This document shows positions 9,164-19,726 of a stretch of 64,000 nucleotides of DNA, one piece after another. The stretch is from positions 1 through 64,000 of the IMG/VR virus record IMGVR_UViG_2799112846_000001. The stretch is one strand, 5' to 3'. Below the pieces are notes generated by a model. That model made no database searches and was not told where the DNA came from. It saw only the letters and a list, made by a program, of their open reading frames with translations. Origin of the DNA: an uncultured virus (IMG/VR IMGVR_UViG_2799112846_000001) (lineage: Duplodnaviria; Heunggongvirae; Uroviricota; Caudoviricetes). Each line of letters begins with the position of its first letter. The stretch's first letter is position 1. Position numbers and translations under genes: made by a program.

Positions 9164-10021
9164 ATGCGTTATTCAATTTTAGGATTTAATCAAGAAGAGT
9201 TAATTAAATATGATATAGATATGACAGACGTATTGCTAATGGACTATATACAGAACGCGGTGTCACAGCCAAGTATGATAAAGACCACTAAAGATGAACA
9301 GCCATATGTGTGGTTGAAACATTCTAAAATACTTGAAGATTTACCTATACTTAATATTAAGGAAAGTATGCTAAAAAAGAGACTAGCAAAATTAGTAGAG
9401 TTGGGACTAATAGACTGTATAAACACAGCAAGCGAACACAAAAGAGGCTCACGCTCATATTATACTATAACAGAACAATTTGAAGCACTACAAATGACCG
9501 AGTGTAAAAAATTATCTCTGGTCGAGCGACCAAGTGTAAAAAATTATACTTCTAATAATAAGTTAAATAATGATAATAAGTTAAATAAATCTATATCTAA
9601 AGATATAGATACAGATTTTGAATTCGGTTATAGTAAAAAATCTAAAACTAAAAAACCATCACTCTATGATAAATGTGTTAGTATGATAAATGATTTTACA
9701 ACAGATACTATCTTAGCAAAGAAATTAGTAGATGCTTTAAATCTATTCTTAGAAAATAGTAGAGAAGCAAATACACCATTATATAGTAATCATTTTAAAG
9801 GTAAGTTAAATGCTCTGAGTAAATTATCAGACGATACTATAACACAACGTAAGATAGTACAGCAGACATTAGATAATGGTTGGAATAATTTCTATGAGTT
9901 AAAGACAGATAAGAGAAAAAGTAATAATACCCACGATAGATTAAATGAGAGTGGTGACTTATATGTAGAGCATAGTGATAAACGAAAGGAGATAGAGAAG
10001 TTTGGAAACGAGAAATACTGA
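9164..10021 (+). CDS. replication initiator (N-terminal winged HTH)
   Basis: MRYSILGFNQ...YVWLKHSKILEDLPIL..LKKRLAKLVELGLI; SD AAAGGAG; precedes the DnaC-like loader; contains iteron-like repeats. Confidence 0.75.
   Translation: MRYSILGFNQEELIKYDIDMTDVLLMDYIQNAVSQPSMIKTTKDEQPYVWLKHSKILEDLPILNIKESMLKKRLAKLVELGLIDCINTASEHKRGSRSYYTITEQFEALQMTECKKLSLVERPSVKNYTSNNKLNNDNKLNKSISKDIDTDFEFGYSKKSKTKKPSLYDKCVSMINDFTTDTILAKKLVDALNLFLENSREANTPLYSNHFKGKLNALSKLSDDTITQRKIVQQTLDNGWNNFYELKTDKRKSNNTHDRLNESGDLYVEHSDKRKEIEKFGNEKY
9496..9610. repeat. putative replication origin inside the initiator gene
   Basis: GACCRAGTGTAAAAAATTAT twice (9496, 9528), ATAATAAGTTAAATAA twice (9555, 9573), inverted repeat ATCTATATCT-aa-AGATATAGAT (9589-9610). 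Confidence 0.55.
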
Positions 10022-10661
10022 ATGTTGGTATAAAGATACTTGTAAAGATGACTGTGATACATGTGCAGTATTCTTTCAAATGAAGTATCAAATGGAGCAT
10101 AGTGGTTTGCCTAAAGCAAAGCAGAAACCTATAGCTTTATATCTAACAGAAGATAACAGCGGAGATAAGAAAGCATTTAATCGACTAGCAGAGATACGAA
10201 AAGATATAGTAAACTTTGTAGAGCAAGGTAATAATCTGTATATCTGTAGTAATCGAACAGGTAACGGTAAGACAAGTTGGGCAATTAAAATGTTACATAC
10301 ATACTTTCATTACACAGCAATAGGTAACTATGATAATCTTAAAGGTATGTTTGTCAGCACAGCAGAGTTATTATTGCAGTTGAAAGACTTTAATAACCCA
10401 TTGCCTAAATCATATATAGAGAATCTAAAGAATGTAGACTTGGTTGTGTGGGACGATATTGCACTAACTAATATGTCCGCATATGACTATGCTCAATTCT
10501 ACAGTATAATTGATAGACGTATACTAGCCGAGAAATCTAATATCTTCACTACTAATTGTACAGATGTAAAGAAGTTAGCAGAATTGATAGGTGCAAAGAC
10601 AGCTAGTAGGATTTACTATACGAGTGAAGTAATAGAATTAAAGGGAAAGGATATGAGATAG
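10002..10661 (+). CDS. DnaC/IstB-like helicase loader ATPase
   Basis: Walker A RTGNGKT, Walker B LVVWDD, IFTTN, C-terminal GKDMR. Confidence 0.85.
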   Translation: METRNTECWYKDTCKDDCDTCAVFFQMKYQMEHSGLPKAKQKPIALYLTEDNSGDKKAFNRLAEIRKDIVNFVEQGNNLYICSNRTGNGKTSWAIKMLHTYFHYTAIGNYDNLKGMFVSTAELLLQLKDFNNPLPKSYIENLKNVDLVVWDDIALTNMSAYDYAQFYSIIDRRILAEKSNIFTTNCTDVKKLAELIGAKTASRIYYTSEVIELKGKDMR

Positions 10662-11930
10662 ATGGTTGCACTACAGATATTAAGTCAAGTTTTACAGACA
10701 AAAGATATATCTATCATAGAATCTAATCAGTTGACAGCAGATTATTTTCCGGAGTATAAAGAAGAATATGAGTTTATTGTTGAGCATTATAAAGAGTACG
10801 GTAATGTTCCAGATGTTGCTTCTTTCTTATCTCAGTTTAACAGCTTTGAGGTTGTTGAGGTTAATGAGAGTGAGCAGTATCTTATTGATACTATTAGAGA
10901 AGAATATCTCTATAGCCAGACAGTTCCGATTGTACAGAATGTAGCTAAACTCATGAAGACCAATAGCAATAATGCTGTCGAGTATCTTATGCAAGCTATG
11001 AAAGATTTACAGCCGGATTATAAATTAGGTGGAACAGATATTATTTCGCAAGCTACAGATAGATATAATGCTTTTATAGATAGACGTGATAATCAAGAGA
11101 ATTGGTTCTTTACAACAGGCTTCCCGGAGTTAGATGATATAATACACGGTATCAATAGAAAAGAGGAACTGTTTGTTATCTTTGCACGACTGAATCAAGG
11201 CAAATCATGGATACTTGAAAAGATAGTCACGCACATATGGGAGATAGGTTTTAATGTTGGTTATATCAGTCCTGAGATGGGCGAACTAAGTATAGGCTAC
11301 AGATTTGATACACTGCATAAGAACTTTAGTAATAATGGGCTTATGTGGGGTAAGAAAGATTTTGATGATAAGAGTTATAAGAAATATATTGATGAATTAA
11401 AAAATCGTACCAATAAGTTTATAGTTGCTACTCCATTAGATTTTAAGAATCATATCACTGTAACAAAGCTAAGGCACTTTATAAAGAAGCATAAGTTAGA
11501 TGTATTAGCAATAGATGGTATAACATATCTAAGTGATGAACGTGGTAAGAGAAATGACAATAAAACCACTTCCTTAACTAATATAAGTGAAGACTTGAAA
11601 ATGCTTAACATGGAATTAGGAGTACCTATCTTAGTCGTTCAGCAAGCTAATAGAAACGGAGCAGTTGATAAAGATAGTGATGATTTACCAGAGCTTGAGA
11701 GTATTCGAGACAGTGACGGCATTGGTCATAATGCTACAATCGTCTTAGCACTAAAGCAAGGTCCGGATGGAATTATGACACTGCAAGTAAAGAAGCAAAG
11801 AAACGGTAGAGTAGGTGACAAGATAAGTTATAGATGGAATCCAGATATAGGTGAGTTCATAAGTGAATCTAGCGGAAGTATTGAGCATAAGACAAAGAGA
11901 AAGATAGAGAAGAAGGAGGATGTGTTCTAG
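10662..11930 (+). CDS. dnaB: replicative DnaB-like helicase
   Basis: TGFPELD, ARLNQGKS, SPEM, AIDG, QQANR, KKQRNG. Confidence 0.85.
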   Translation: MVALQILSQVLQTKDISIIESNQLTADYFPEYKEEYEFIVEHYKEYGNVPDVASFLSQFNSFEVVEVNESEQYLIDTIREEYLYSQTVPIVQNVAKLMKTNSNNAVEYLMQAMKDLQPDYKLGGTDIISQATDRYNAFIDRRDNQENWFFTTGFPELDDIIHGINRKEELFVIFARLNQGKSWILEKIVTHIWEIGFNVGYISPEMGELSIGYRFDTLHKNFSNNGLMWGKKDFDDKSYKKYIDELKNRTNKFIVATPLDFKNHITVTKLRHFIKKHKLDVLAIDGITYLSDERGKRNDNKTTSLTNISEDLKMLNMELGVPILVVQQANRNGAVDKDSDDLPELESIRDSDGIGHNATIVLALKQGPDGIMTLQVKKQRNGRVGDKISYRWNPDIGEFISESSGSIEHKTKRKIEKKEDVF

Positions 11931-12121
11931 TGAGTGCGTATAAAGAGTTGTTGATTATGGAAGAAGATGATGGTTGTGATGAAGACGGAAAGCCAATTAT
12001 ACGAACCATAACACCACGCTGCCCGCAGTGTGATAGCAGATTTAATTGGATAACTAAGCGTGATGTGGGAATGAAAGTAGTATGCCCTAGATGCGGAAGT
12101 TTATTGATAGTGAGGTATTAA
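11930..12121 (+). CDS. zinc-ribbon protein
   Basis: CPQC...CPRC; SD AAGGAGG. Confidence 0.6.
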   Translation: MSAYKELLIMEEDDGCDEDGKPIIRTITPRCPQCDSRFNWITKRDVGMKVVCPRCGSLLIVRY

Positions 12122-12122
12122 A

Positions 12123-12359
12123 ATGGAGTCAGTGAGAAATCATAAATCAAAACATAATAAAGCTATGTGTCGTAAATGTGCATATCATAGAAACATGAGC
12201 AATAGCACATACTGTATATGTAATTATGCATGTGTTACTGGTCAAACGTGTCTTCATAAGACAAAAAACGGTGTTGAAGACAGACGTGGCGAAGATTATA
12301 ATGATTGTAAATTATTTGTAAAAGGAGCGCCGGTACGTAATGAAAGTGAAATGTGGTAA
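12123..12359 (+). CDS. Cys-rich hypothetical protein
   Basis: CRKCAY...CNY..TG...C pattern. Confidence 0.6.
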   Translation: MESVRNHKSKHNKAMCRKCAYHRNMSNSTYCICNYACVTGQTCLHKTKNGVEDRRGEDYNDCKLFVKGAPVRNESEMW

Positions 12360-12472
12360 GATAGTCGAAGCAACAGAGTATGAACTCTATGAGTTTTGGT
12401 TAAAACATTGGAGTGATTTTATGGGGTTTGATGATTATAAGAGAAGAATGATAACAAAGGGTGTGAAGATAA

Positions 12473-13465
12473 TTGAAGATAAATGATACTATCATAAATG
12501 CAGACTGTGAAGAAGTATTAACGGAGTTGCAGAGACAATTATCAATCAATCACATACCATACTTACAACGATTGCAAGACAGCGGTAAAGATATAATGGT
12601 TCAGTGTCCGTTTCATGGTAATGGGCAAGAGAATAGACCATCTGCCGGAATACGAAAGAGTGATGGTATGTTTCACTGCTTTGCGTGTAATGAAGTACAC
12701 ACACTGCCCGAAGTAATATCATACTGTTTTAACAAAGATGATATGTTTGGTAAGTGGGGTATGAAATGGTTAATACAGAACTTTGCAACGGTACAAATAG
12801 AGGAGAGACAAGATGTTGAAATTGATATGGAACGTAATAACACTACCAATAAAAATAATGTTTTGGGTAGGAGTATTTCTAGTGAATCTAATACTTTCGT
12901 GAGTGAGGAAGAATTAGACAGCTATAGATTTTATCATCAGTATTGGAAGACACGAGGAATAGTAGATGAGAATATCATAGACTTGTTTGACTTAGGATAT
13001 GATATTAAGACAAGATGTATAACTATGCCAGTGCGAGATGCTAATGGAAACTGTTTGTTTGTAGCAAGACGTAGTATAGACAGAAAATGGTTTAACTACC
13101 CAAAAAACGCTGAAAAACCTTTATATGGTCTATATGAGTTACGAAAAGCACACATTCAAACAAAAAAATTGTTTATAACTGAATCTATGATAGACGCAAT
13201 ATTATTATGGCAGTCGGGTAGATATGCAGTAGCTTTGAATGGTTTAGGCAGTGAAAAGCAATTTAAACAATTAAGACAGTTGCCTATACGACATTATGTA
13301 TTAGCTACTGATAATGACAGTGCAGGAGAAAAAGCAAGAGATAGATTGCGATTTAATGTGTGTGGTAAATTATTCACTGAAATAGATTTCCCAAAAGGCA
13401 TTAAAGATATAGGTGAATGTGATGAATGGCAACTTAATAATATAGAAAGGTGGGAGGTTTTCTGA
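12473..13465 (+). CDS. dnaG: DNA primase (CHC2 Zn finger plus Toprim)
   Basis: CPFH..ENRPS..FHCFAC; ITESMIDA; ATDNDSAG; KDIGE. Confidence 0.9.
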   Translation: MKINDTIINADCEEVLTELQRQLSINHIPYLQRLQDSGKDIMVQCPFHGNGQENRPSAGIRKSDGMFHCFACNEVHTLPEVISYCFNKDDMFGKWGMKWLIQNFATVQIEERQDVEIDMERNNTTNKNNVLGRSISSESNTFVSEEELDSYRFYHQYWKTRGIVDENIIDLFDLGYDIKTRCITMPVRDANGNCLFVARRSIDRKWFNYPKNAEKPLYGLYELRKAHIQTKKLFITESMIDAILLWQSGRYAVALNGLGSEKQFKQLRQLPIRHYVLATDNDSAGEKARDRLRFNVCGKLFTEIDFPKGIKDIGECDEWQLNNIERWEVF

Positions 13466-14157
13466 TGATATATACATTTTGGGAAGGTAAGATGCCAGCT
13501 TATATTAAATTATGTATGCAAACATGGAAACATGATTATACAATGCTAACATATGATAATCTAAATCAATATACAGATTTACCCATAAGTGAATTACGTA
13601 AACATTTTACATTACCACAAGTAGCAGATATAGTAAGAGTTCATGTACTTAGAGATAATGGTGGATATTGGTTAGATACAGATACCATTATGATTACAGA
13701 TGAGTTACCTACAGAAAACATGATGGGATATGTAGAAGAACGAACAAACACTATCGGATATTTATATACAGAACCTAATTCAGAAATGTTTAGAAAGTGG
13801 GCTAAATATCAAGATAACATAATTGATAGTGCAGATTTAGATATAACACCTTTATCTTGGGATATAGTAGGTAATAGATTTACTGACCCATACGTTTTAA
13901 ACCATAAAGAAATATCCATCTGTGATGTATCTAATAAGTGGGCTGAAACTTATATGATAGATGGAGATATATCAAGACCTGATAAGTATAAATATCTTTA
14001 TTTTGTAGAATCTTATCATCTTTCAGATTTAAAACCAACAAATATGCTTATGCTACATAATTCATGGACTCCGAATTGGTATAAGTTATTAAGTAAAGAG
14101 CAGATATTAGATAATACTTGTACTATGTCAAATATATTAAGGGAGGTTACAAAGTGA
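13465..14157 (+). CDS. DXD glycosyltransferase (GT32/capsular polysaccharide synthesis-like)
   Basis: IYTFWEG..P..IKLCMQTW; QVADIVRVHVL..NGGYWLDTD. Confidence 0.75.
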   Translation: MIYTFWEGKMPAYIKLCMQTWKHDYTMLTYDNLNQYTDLPISELRKHFTLPQVADIVRVHVLRDNGGYWLDTDTIMITDELPTENMMGYVEERTNTIGYLYTEPNSEMFRKWAKYQDNIIDSADLDITPLSWDIVGNRFTDPYVLNHKEISICDVSNKWAETYMIDGDISRPDKYKYLYFVESYHLSDLKPTNMLMLHNSWTPNWYKLLSKEQILDNTCTMSNILREVTK

Positions 14158-14813
14158 AATACATTATAATGTGTGGTGGTGAATATAAGAAATGGGAAAC
14201 ACCAAGACAGTTGTTAAAGATAAATGGAGAGACAATAGTAGAAAGAACAATACGAATGTTGAAAGAGCATGACATCGATGAGTATGACATAGCTATCAGT
14301 TCTAATAATGATATATTCTTACAGTTCGGTGTACAGCTATTAACTCACGAGAATAAATATGTAGCGTATGAATATAATAAATGTGACAGTTATTGGTGTG
14401 ATGCTTTTTATCCAACAGAAGAGCCAGCATGTTATTTGTTTGGAGATGTAATTTATTCTCAAGAAGCTATACAGAAGATTATAGATACACAAACAGATGA
14501 TATAGAGTTTTTTGCTAGTGCTCCACCATTTGATAAACGATTCTATAAAGAGTGGGCAGAACCATTTGCACTGAAAGTAGTTGACCAGAGACATCTAAGA
14601 CAGGCTATATCTTTAGTAAAGCTATATGACCAACAAGGTTTGTTTGCTAGAAAGCCTATCATGTGGGAGCTTTGGCAAGTAATAAAAAAGACACCGCTAA
14701 ACAAGATTGATTATACTAACTATACCGTGATAAATGATTATACTTGTGATGTGGATGAACCAAGTGACATAGATAAGATTTTAAAGATGGTAGGTTTGGA
14801 GTGGATAGAATGA
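14154..14813 (+). CDS. nucleotidyltransferase-like protein (NTP_transferase/LicC-like N-terminus)
   Basis: KYIIMCGG...PRQLLKINGETIVERTIRML; LFGDV; C-terminal DVDEPSD. Confidence 0.7.
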   Translation: MKYIIMCGGEYKKWETPRQLLKINGETIVERTIRMLKEHDIDEYDIAISSNNDIFLQFGVQLLTHENKYVAYEYNKCDSYWCDAFYPTEEPACYLFGDVIYSQEAIQKIIDTQTDDIEFFASAPPFDKRFYKEWAEPFALKVVDQRHLRQAISLVKLYDQQGLFARKPIMWELWQVIKKTPLNKIDYTNYTVINDYTCDVDEPSDIDKILKMVGLEWIE

Positions 14814-15490
14814 AGTATATGATACATAGCTGTGAAGCAAGACTGTGGTATGTTGATAATTATTTAATACCAAGTATGCTAGCACAAGGAATTAAAGAAG
14901 AAGATATTTATAATTATATAGATACTAAACATGAAGGTAATTTAGTGTCATGGGTAGTATCGTGTCATAAGTCATATGAGATGTGGGGAGAGCAGAATGT
15001 GTGGCATCTTCAAGATGATGTCATCATATGTAGAGATTTTAAGGAACGTACAGAACAGCTAGAATCTCAAGACGGAATAGTTTGTGCGTTTACATGTTGT
15101 TATGATGAAGGCAATATCGCACCAGGATTAGGTACACCAAAGAATCATATGTGGTGGAGTTTTCCATGTATACGAATACCTAATAAGATAGCAAAAGAAA
15201 TGGCTGTATGGGCAGACATCTATGTATGGCGAGATAATCAATATGGTTTTTGGGTACGCAGAAAAAAGGGTGATGATTTAGTATTTAAAGTATTTGTAGA
15301 GAGCTACTATCCTAATGAACCCGTATTAAATCTAGCTCCTAATTTAGTAGACCACATAGACTATCTGTTAGGTGGCTCAACAGTTAACAAACAACGTACT
15401 CAAGCTAATGTTAGAAGTTTGTATTTTGACGATACAGACTTAGTGAACGATTTAATGGAGGCTATAGCGAATGATACTTGTAATAGGTGA
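14810..15490 (+). CDS. GT-A fold glycosyltransferase-like protein
   Basis: YMIHS...R; WHLQDDVII; PNLVDHI. Confidence 0.6.
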   Translation: MKYMIHSCEARLWYVDNYLIPSMLAQGIKEEDIYNYIDTKHEGNLVSWVVSCHKSYEMWGEQNVWHLQDDVIICRDFKERTEQLESQDGIVCAFTCCYDEGNIAPGLGTPKNHMWWSFPCIRIPNKIAKEMAVWADIYVWRDNQYGFWVRRKKGDDLVFKVFVESYYPNEPVLNLAPNLVDHIDYLLGGSTVNKQRTQANVRSLYFDDTDLVNDLMEAIANDTCNR

Positions 15491-15770
15491 TAGAAATGAT
15501 TTAGATAATTTTATTAAAGCAAAGGAACATTTGATGGATACTGAAAAGCATCATCACATATACGGTACAAAGCATATAATAACTCTGCCCGAAATAGCAG
15601 AAATGTTTCCTTTTGAAGATAAGCAGTTTGTAGATTTGATATTACATATATTATCATACTGTAATATAATATACTGTTTAAAAAGTTGGGAAGTAGATAA
15701 TGATGCTAGACTATATCACGACTATTGTGACAGTAACGGCTACAAGATTATATATAGCAAAAAATATTAG
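15471..15770 (+). CDS. DUF4406-like / nucleoside deoxyribosyltransferase-like protein
   Basis: LSYCNIIYCLKSWE...ARLYH....GYKIIY resembles that family but is degenerate. Confidence 0.4.
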   Translation: MILVIGDRNDLDNFIKAKEHLMDTEKHHHIYGTKHIITLPEIAEMFPFEDKQFVDLILHILSYCNIIYCLKSWEVDNDARLYHDYCDSNGYKIIYSKKY

Positions 15771-15799
15771 TTGACATGTTTATTATATCGTGATATAAT
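15771..15799 (+). promoter_or_regulatory. consensus sigmaA promoter (CGTGA class)
   Basis: TTGACA-17-TATAAT. Confidence 0.85.
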
Positions 15800-15851
15800 C
15801 TTTAATGTAATTAAGTTTACACTCTAAAAACTATGAAAAGGAGAACGTACT

Positions 15852-16277
15852 ATGAAAACAAATGAATACTACAGACATAAGTGGAACAAATATGTTTCAA
15901 AGGTAACTAATGTAAAGCGTGACAAAGTAGAGTTAACTGTTGTTAATTCTGGAGTAGCTGAGGTAATAGCTAAGGATGATTTTGAATTGAACTATGAGCC
16001 GGTGCTTACTATCTATCAGTGGAGAAAAACAATCGAAGCATTATATCCGTTTGCTGAGATATTATTTGTCGGGGATACTATTCAAATAAATGTTGAGGAT
16101 AGTAGAATAGATTTTAGATTAACTAATAATCTATCTAACCAACGACTAATAGCACGTTTTACTGATGATTTAAAAGAAGCTATGGATTTATATACTAATA
16201 CATTAGAGTTTTTAGTAGAGGATGCTGAAGAAGCAATTAAGTTGTTTGCAGAGCTATTTGAGGATGACGAAGAATAG
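15852..16277 (+). CDS. hypothetical protein
   Basis: SD AAAGGAG. Confidence 0.7.
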   Translation: MKTNEYYRHKWNKYVSKVTNVKRDKVELTVVNSGVAEVIAKDDFELNYEPVLTIYQWRKTIEALYPFAEILFVGDTIQINVEDSRIDFRLTNNLSNQRLIARFTDDLKEAMDLYTNTLEFLVEDAEEAIKLFAELFEDDEE

Positions 16278-16325
16278 CTTTAGCATAAAGCCATAAACTA
16301 TAAAAACTATGAAAGGAGAAAAACT

Positions 16326-17006
16326 ATGGCACGATTTAACGCAGGAGATGCAGACAAGTATGGTGGTAATGGAGGGGGTGGATATTTCTCTCTCAAGAAT
16401 GACAAGGATGTAGCAACAGTAAGATTTCTGTATAACTCAGCAGATGATGTTGAAGGATATGCTGTACATGAAGTAGAGCTTGATGGTAAGAAACGCTACG
16501 TTAATTGTCTTAGAGAATACAATCAGCCTATTGATGATTGTCCATTCTGCAGGGCTAAGAAGTTTCAGGTAGCAAAGCTGTTCGTACCGCTCTATAACGA
16601 AGACGAGGATAAGGTACAAGTTTGGGAGAGAGGTAAGAAGTTCTTTAGTAAACTTTCCTCAGTACTTTCAAGATGGGGTGCAGACCCTATATGTTCGCAG
16701 ACTTTTGAGATTGAAAGAAATGGTAAACCAAAGGAGACTACAACTACATATGAGATTTATCCTACTAAAGACAAGCCTGATGACACTATACTTGATGACT
16801 TTGATATGCCTAATATTCTTGGTGGTATAGTGCTTGATAAGTCAGCAGAAGATATGGAGTTCTATCTTGAAAACGGATATTTTCCGCCAGAAGATGATGA
16901 GCCAGTAAGACGTAGAAGCTCAAGACGTGATGAAGAGGAAGAAGCTCCGACACGTAGAGAGTCTAGTCGTAGAAGTGGAAGACGTACACCAAGTGATTCA
17001 TTTTAA
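16326..17006 (+). CDS. single-stranded DNA-binding protein (gp32-like)
   Basis: YFSLK..ATVRFL..H...C...CPFC; charged tail ending in F; next to the polymerase. Confidence 0.7.
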   Translation: MARFNAGDADKYGGNGGGGYFSLKNDKDVATVRFLYNSADDVEGYAVHEVELDGKKRYVNCLREYNQPIDDCPFCRAKKFQVAKLFVPLYNEDEDKVQVWERGKKFFSKLSSVLSRWGADPICSQTFEIERNGKPKETTTTYEIYPTKDKPDDTILDDFDMPNILGGIVLDKSAEDMEFYLENGYFPPEDDEPVRRRSSRRDEEEEAPTRRESSRRSGRRTPSDSF

Positions 17007-17020
17007 TAAGGAGACTGTTT

Positions 17021-19321
17021 ATGGGAACTATTGATTTATTCGATATGCCTATGCGTAAGAATGATAAGTCAAAAGATATGAAAATTGCCAAGCAGTCTAA
17101 AGTAAACAAAGCTACCCCCACTGTAATACGTGGGGGTAGTAGTCTACTAGACAGAATTTCCTCAGCGCAGAAACTTGTTGAAAGTAAACTAGGTCATTTA
17201 AAAGATGATTTCATGCTTATTCAAGATAAGGTTACTTTGTGTGATTATCTTAACGAATGTAGGAAAAATAAAGTTATAAGTATAGATACAGAGACAACTG
17301 GACTTGACCCGTTGTTAGATATGATAGCCGGTATATGTATATATACACCAAATCAAAAAAGTGCATATATACCAATAAATCATATAAGCTATATAACTAA
17401 TATGAAAATACCAAATCAGTTAAGTCCAGATATTATAGTACCGCAGTTCACTAGATTGTTAGATACTAATGTTGATGTAATAATGTTTAATGCGGATTTT
17501 GATGTGCGAGTGCTGAGAAATCTAGGTGTGAATAATATCTATTGTACATGGGATTGTTATCTAGCGCAGAGACTACTTAATGAAAATGAACTGGTTAACA
17601 AATTGAAACCGCTTCACACAAAGTATGTGCTTAACGGAAAAGAAGATGAAGCATTTTCGTTTGGTGATTTATTTAAAGGAATACCATTTACAATGGTGCC
17701 ATTAAAGACAGCAGTGTTGTATGCCGCTAACGACCCTAAGATAACATATGAATTATATGATTATCAAAGACAGTTTCTTAGGGAAGATAACGAAAGAGAA
17801 GATATGCGCAGACTATATTGGGTTATGAAAAATATAGAGATGCCATGTGTAGATGCAACAACTAAGATGGAAGATAACGGAGTGTTGATTGATTTAGATT
17901 ATCAACAAGAGTTATCTGTAAAGTATAATAAGCTACTTGAAGACAAGCTAGAAGTGTTTTATAACGACTTAAAACAGTATGATGATAAAATAGCTAAGTA
18001 TAAAGCTAAAACGCAAAATAACAAGCTAGACGAGCGTATAAACATAGCAAGTCCAGTTCAATTAGCTATACTATTATATGACATTATAGGTGTAGATGTA
18101 GTAGATAAAAAGAATCCAAGGGGCACCGGTGAGGATATACTGAGTAAGATAGATTTACCTATTGCTAAAGATATACTAGAGTATAGAACATTATCAAAGC
18201 TAGTTGATACATATATTGATAAACTTCCTAATTGTATAAATCCTAATGATGGAAAGATACATTGTAAGTTCAATCAATATGGTGCAGATACAGGAAGATA
18301 TAGCAGTTCTAATCCTAATCTACAGAATATACCTAGTCATAATAAAGACATACGAAAGATGTTTGTAGCAAGTCCGGGCTATGTGTTGATGTCTAGTGAT
18401 TATTCACAGCAGGAGCCATCTTGTTTGGCAACCTTCTGTAAAGAAGCCGGTGCAGAGAAATTATTTAATGCAAGATTTAATGGAAATGATTTATATAGTG
18501 AAGTAGCAAGTGCCTGTTTTAATATACCGTATGAGCAGTGTTGTGAGTTTGATGAAAATGGACATAAAAATCCTGCTGAATATAAAGAACGTAGAAATCA
18601 AGCAAAGCCAATTCTATTAGGCATTTTGTATGGCAGAGGTGATGAGAGTGTTGCAGAACAGCTTAATTGTTCATTAGAAGAAGCACAACGACTTAAAGCT
18701 AATCTGTTTAAGAAGTTTCCTGAGATACGTCAGTTTGAGCAGGACTCATTATCTATGGGGCAAAAATTAGGCTATGTAACTACAGTATGTGGTAGAAAAC
18801 GTAGACTGCCCGATTTGCAGTTAGATGAATATGAGTTTAAATGGAAAAATGGAGTTGCACCAGATAATGATTTATTAGACTTCGAAGATAATGTAGACCA
18901 AGAGATACCAGAGCGTACTATACGAAAGTATCTTACAAGACTACATAATTGCAGATTTAAGGAGAAACGTAAAATCTTTGAACAAGCTAATGCTGAAGGT
19001 ATTTGGATAGTAGACAACGGAGCTAAAATATCTAAAGCAGTACGACAGACTGTTAATGCACGTATTCAAGGGTCAGCCGCAGACTTAACAAAGCTAGCTA
19101 TGATAGACTTAAATAAGAATGAGCGACTTAAAGAGTTAGGCTTTAGACTTCTTATTCAAGTGCATGATGAGATAATAGCTGAGTGCCCAGAAGAGAATAT
19201 GGAAGAGTGTTCTAAACTATTAGCAGATACTATGAGTAAAGCCGCAGAGAAGATATTAAAGATGCCATTTAGTTGTGACGTTGAAATTACAAAGAAGTGG
19301 TATGGAGAGGAGGTAGTATAA
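17021..19321 (+). CDS. polA: DNA polymerase family A with 3'-5' exonuclease
   Basis: IDTETTG, FNADFD, YAAND, TGRYSSSNPNLQNIP, DYSQQE, AKPILLGILYG, IQGSAAD, QVHDE. Confidence 0.95.
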   Translation: MGTIDLFDMPMRKNDKSKDMKIAKQSKVNKATPTVIRGGSSLLDRISSAQKLVESKLGHLKDDFMLIQDKVTLCDYLNECRKNKVISIDTETTGLDPLLDMIAGICIYTPNQKSAYIPINHISYITNMKIPNQLSPDIIVPQFTRLLDTNVDVIMFNADFDVRVLRNLGVNNIYCTWDCYLAQRLLNENELVNKLKPLHTKYVLNGKEDEAFSFGDLFKGIPFTMVPLKTAVLYAANDPKITYELYDYQRQFLREDNEREDMRRLYWVMKNIEMPCVDATTKMEDNGVLIDLDYQQELSVKYNKLLEDKLEVFYNDLKQYDDKIAKYKAKTQNNKLDERINIASPVQLAILLYDIIGVDVVDKKNPRGTGEDILSKIDLPIAKDILEYRTLSKLVDTYIDKLPNCINPNDGKIHCKFNQYGADTGRYSSSNPNLQNIPSHNKDIRKMFVASPGYVLMSSDYSQQEPSCLATFCKEAGAEKLFNARFNGNDLYSEVASACFNIPYEQCCEFDENGHKNPAEYKERRNQAKPILLGILYGRGDESVAEQLNCSLEEAQRLKANLFKKFPEIRQFEQDSLSMGQKLGYVTTVCGRKRRLPDLQLDEYEFKWKNGVAPDNDLLDFEDNVDQEIPERTIRKYLTRLHNCRFKEKRKIFEQANAEGIWIVDNGAKISKAVRQTVNARIQGSAADLTKLAMIDLNKNERLKELGFRLLIQVHDEIIAECPEENMEECSKLLADTMSKAAEKILKMPFSCDVEITKKWYGEEVV

Positions 19322-19726
19322 GTGAAACAAAGTGAATTATTTACTGTGGAAACTTCTAATGAAGATAAGAAATACAGTAAGAAGATTATGAAGCCTCAAT
19401 ATTTACCTAGTAATAAGATGCCAAAACTCGCTGAATTATATCAACCTAAAAAATATAGCAAACTTATTGCAACTATAAATAAATCAAATGTTACGGAAGA
19501 AGAAAAGAAGTTTCTAAGACTTGCCGCAACAAGACATATAATTTTCAACTATTCAAAGATAGCAGATTATTATGCTCATGCAAGTAAAGAGATGCAGGAA
19601 CTTATGGAGCAATCAGCATTAGTGATTATAGATATTGATGATGCAATCGCAAATGGATATGTAAAACTTTCAAAAGATATTAAACAGATACTTGAGGAGA
19701 GCGGGGATGATACAAATAAGAAATAA
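19322..19726 (+). CDS. phage protein partnered with the downstream glycosyltransferase
   Basis: FLRLAATRH..FNYSKIADYYAHA..EMQELME.SALVIID..AIANG. Confidence 0.65.
   Translation: MKQSELFTVETSNEDKKYSKKIMKPQYLPSNKMPKLAELYQPKKYSKLIATINKSNVTEEEKKFLRLAATRHIIFNYSKIADYYAHASKEMQELMEQSALVIIDIDDAIANGYVKLSKDIKQILEESGDDTNKK

Noticed and set aside
18800..19040. Insertion in PolA between motifs B and C as a possible intein
   Set aside because: No Cys/Ser start, TxxH or HN end; it looks like an ordinary insertion.
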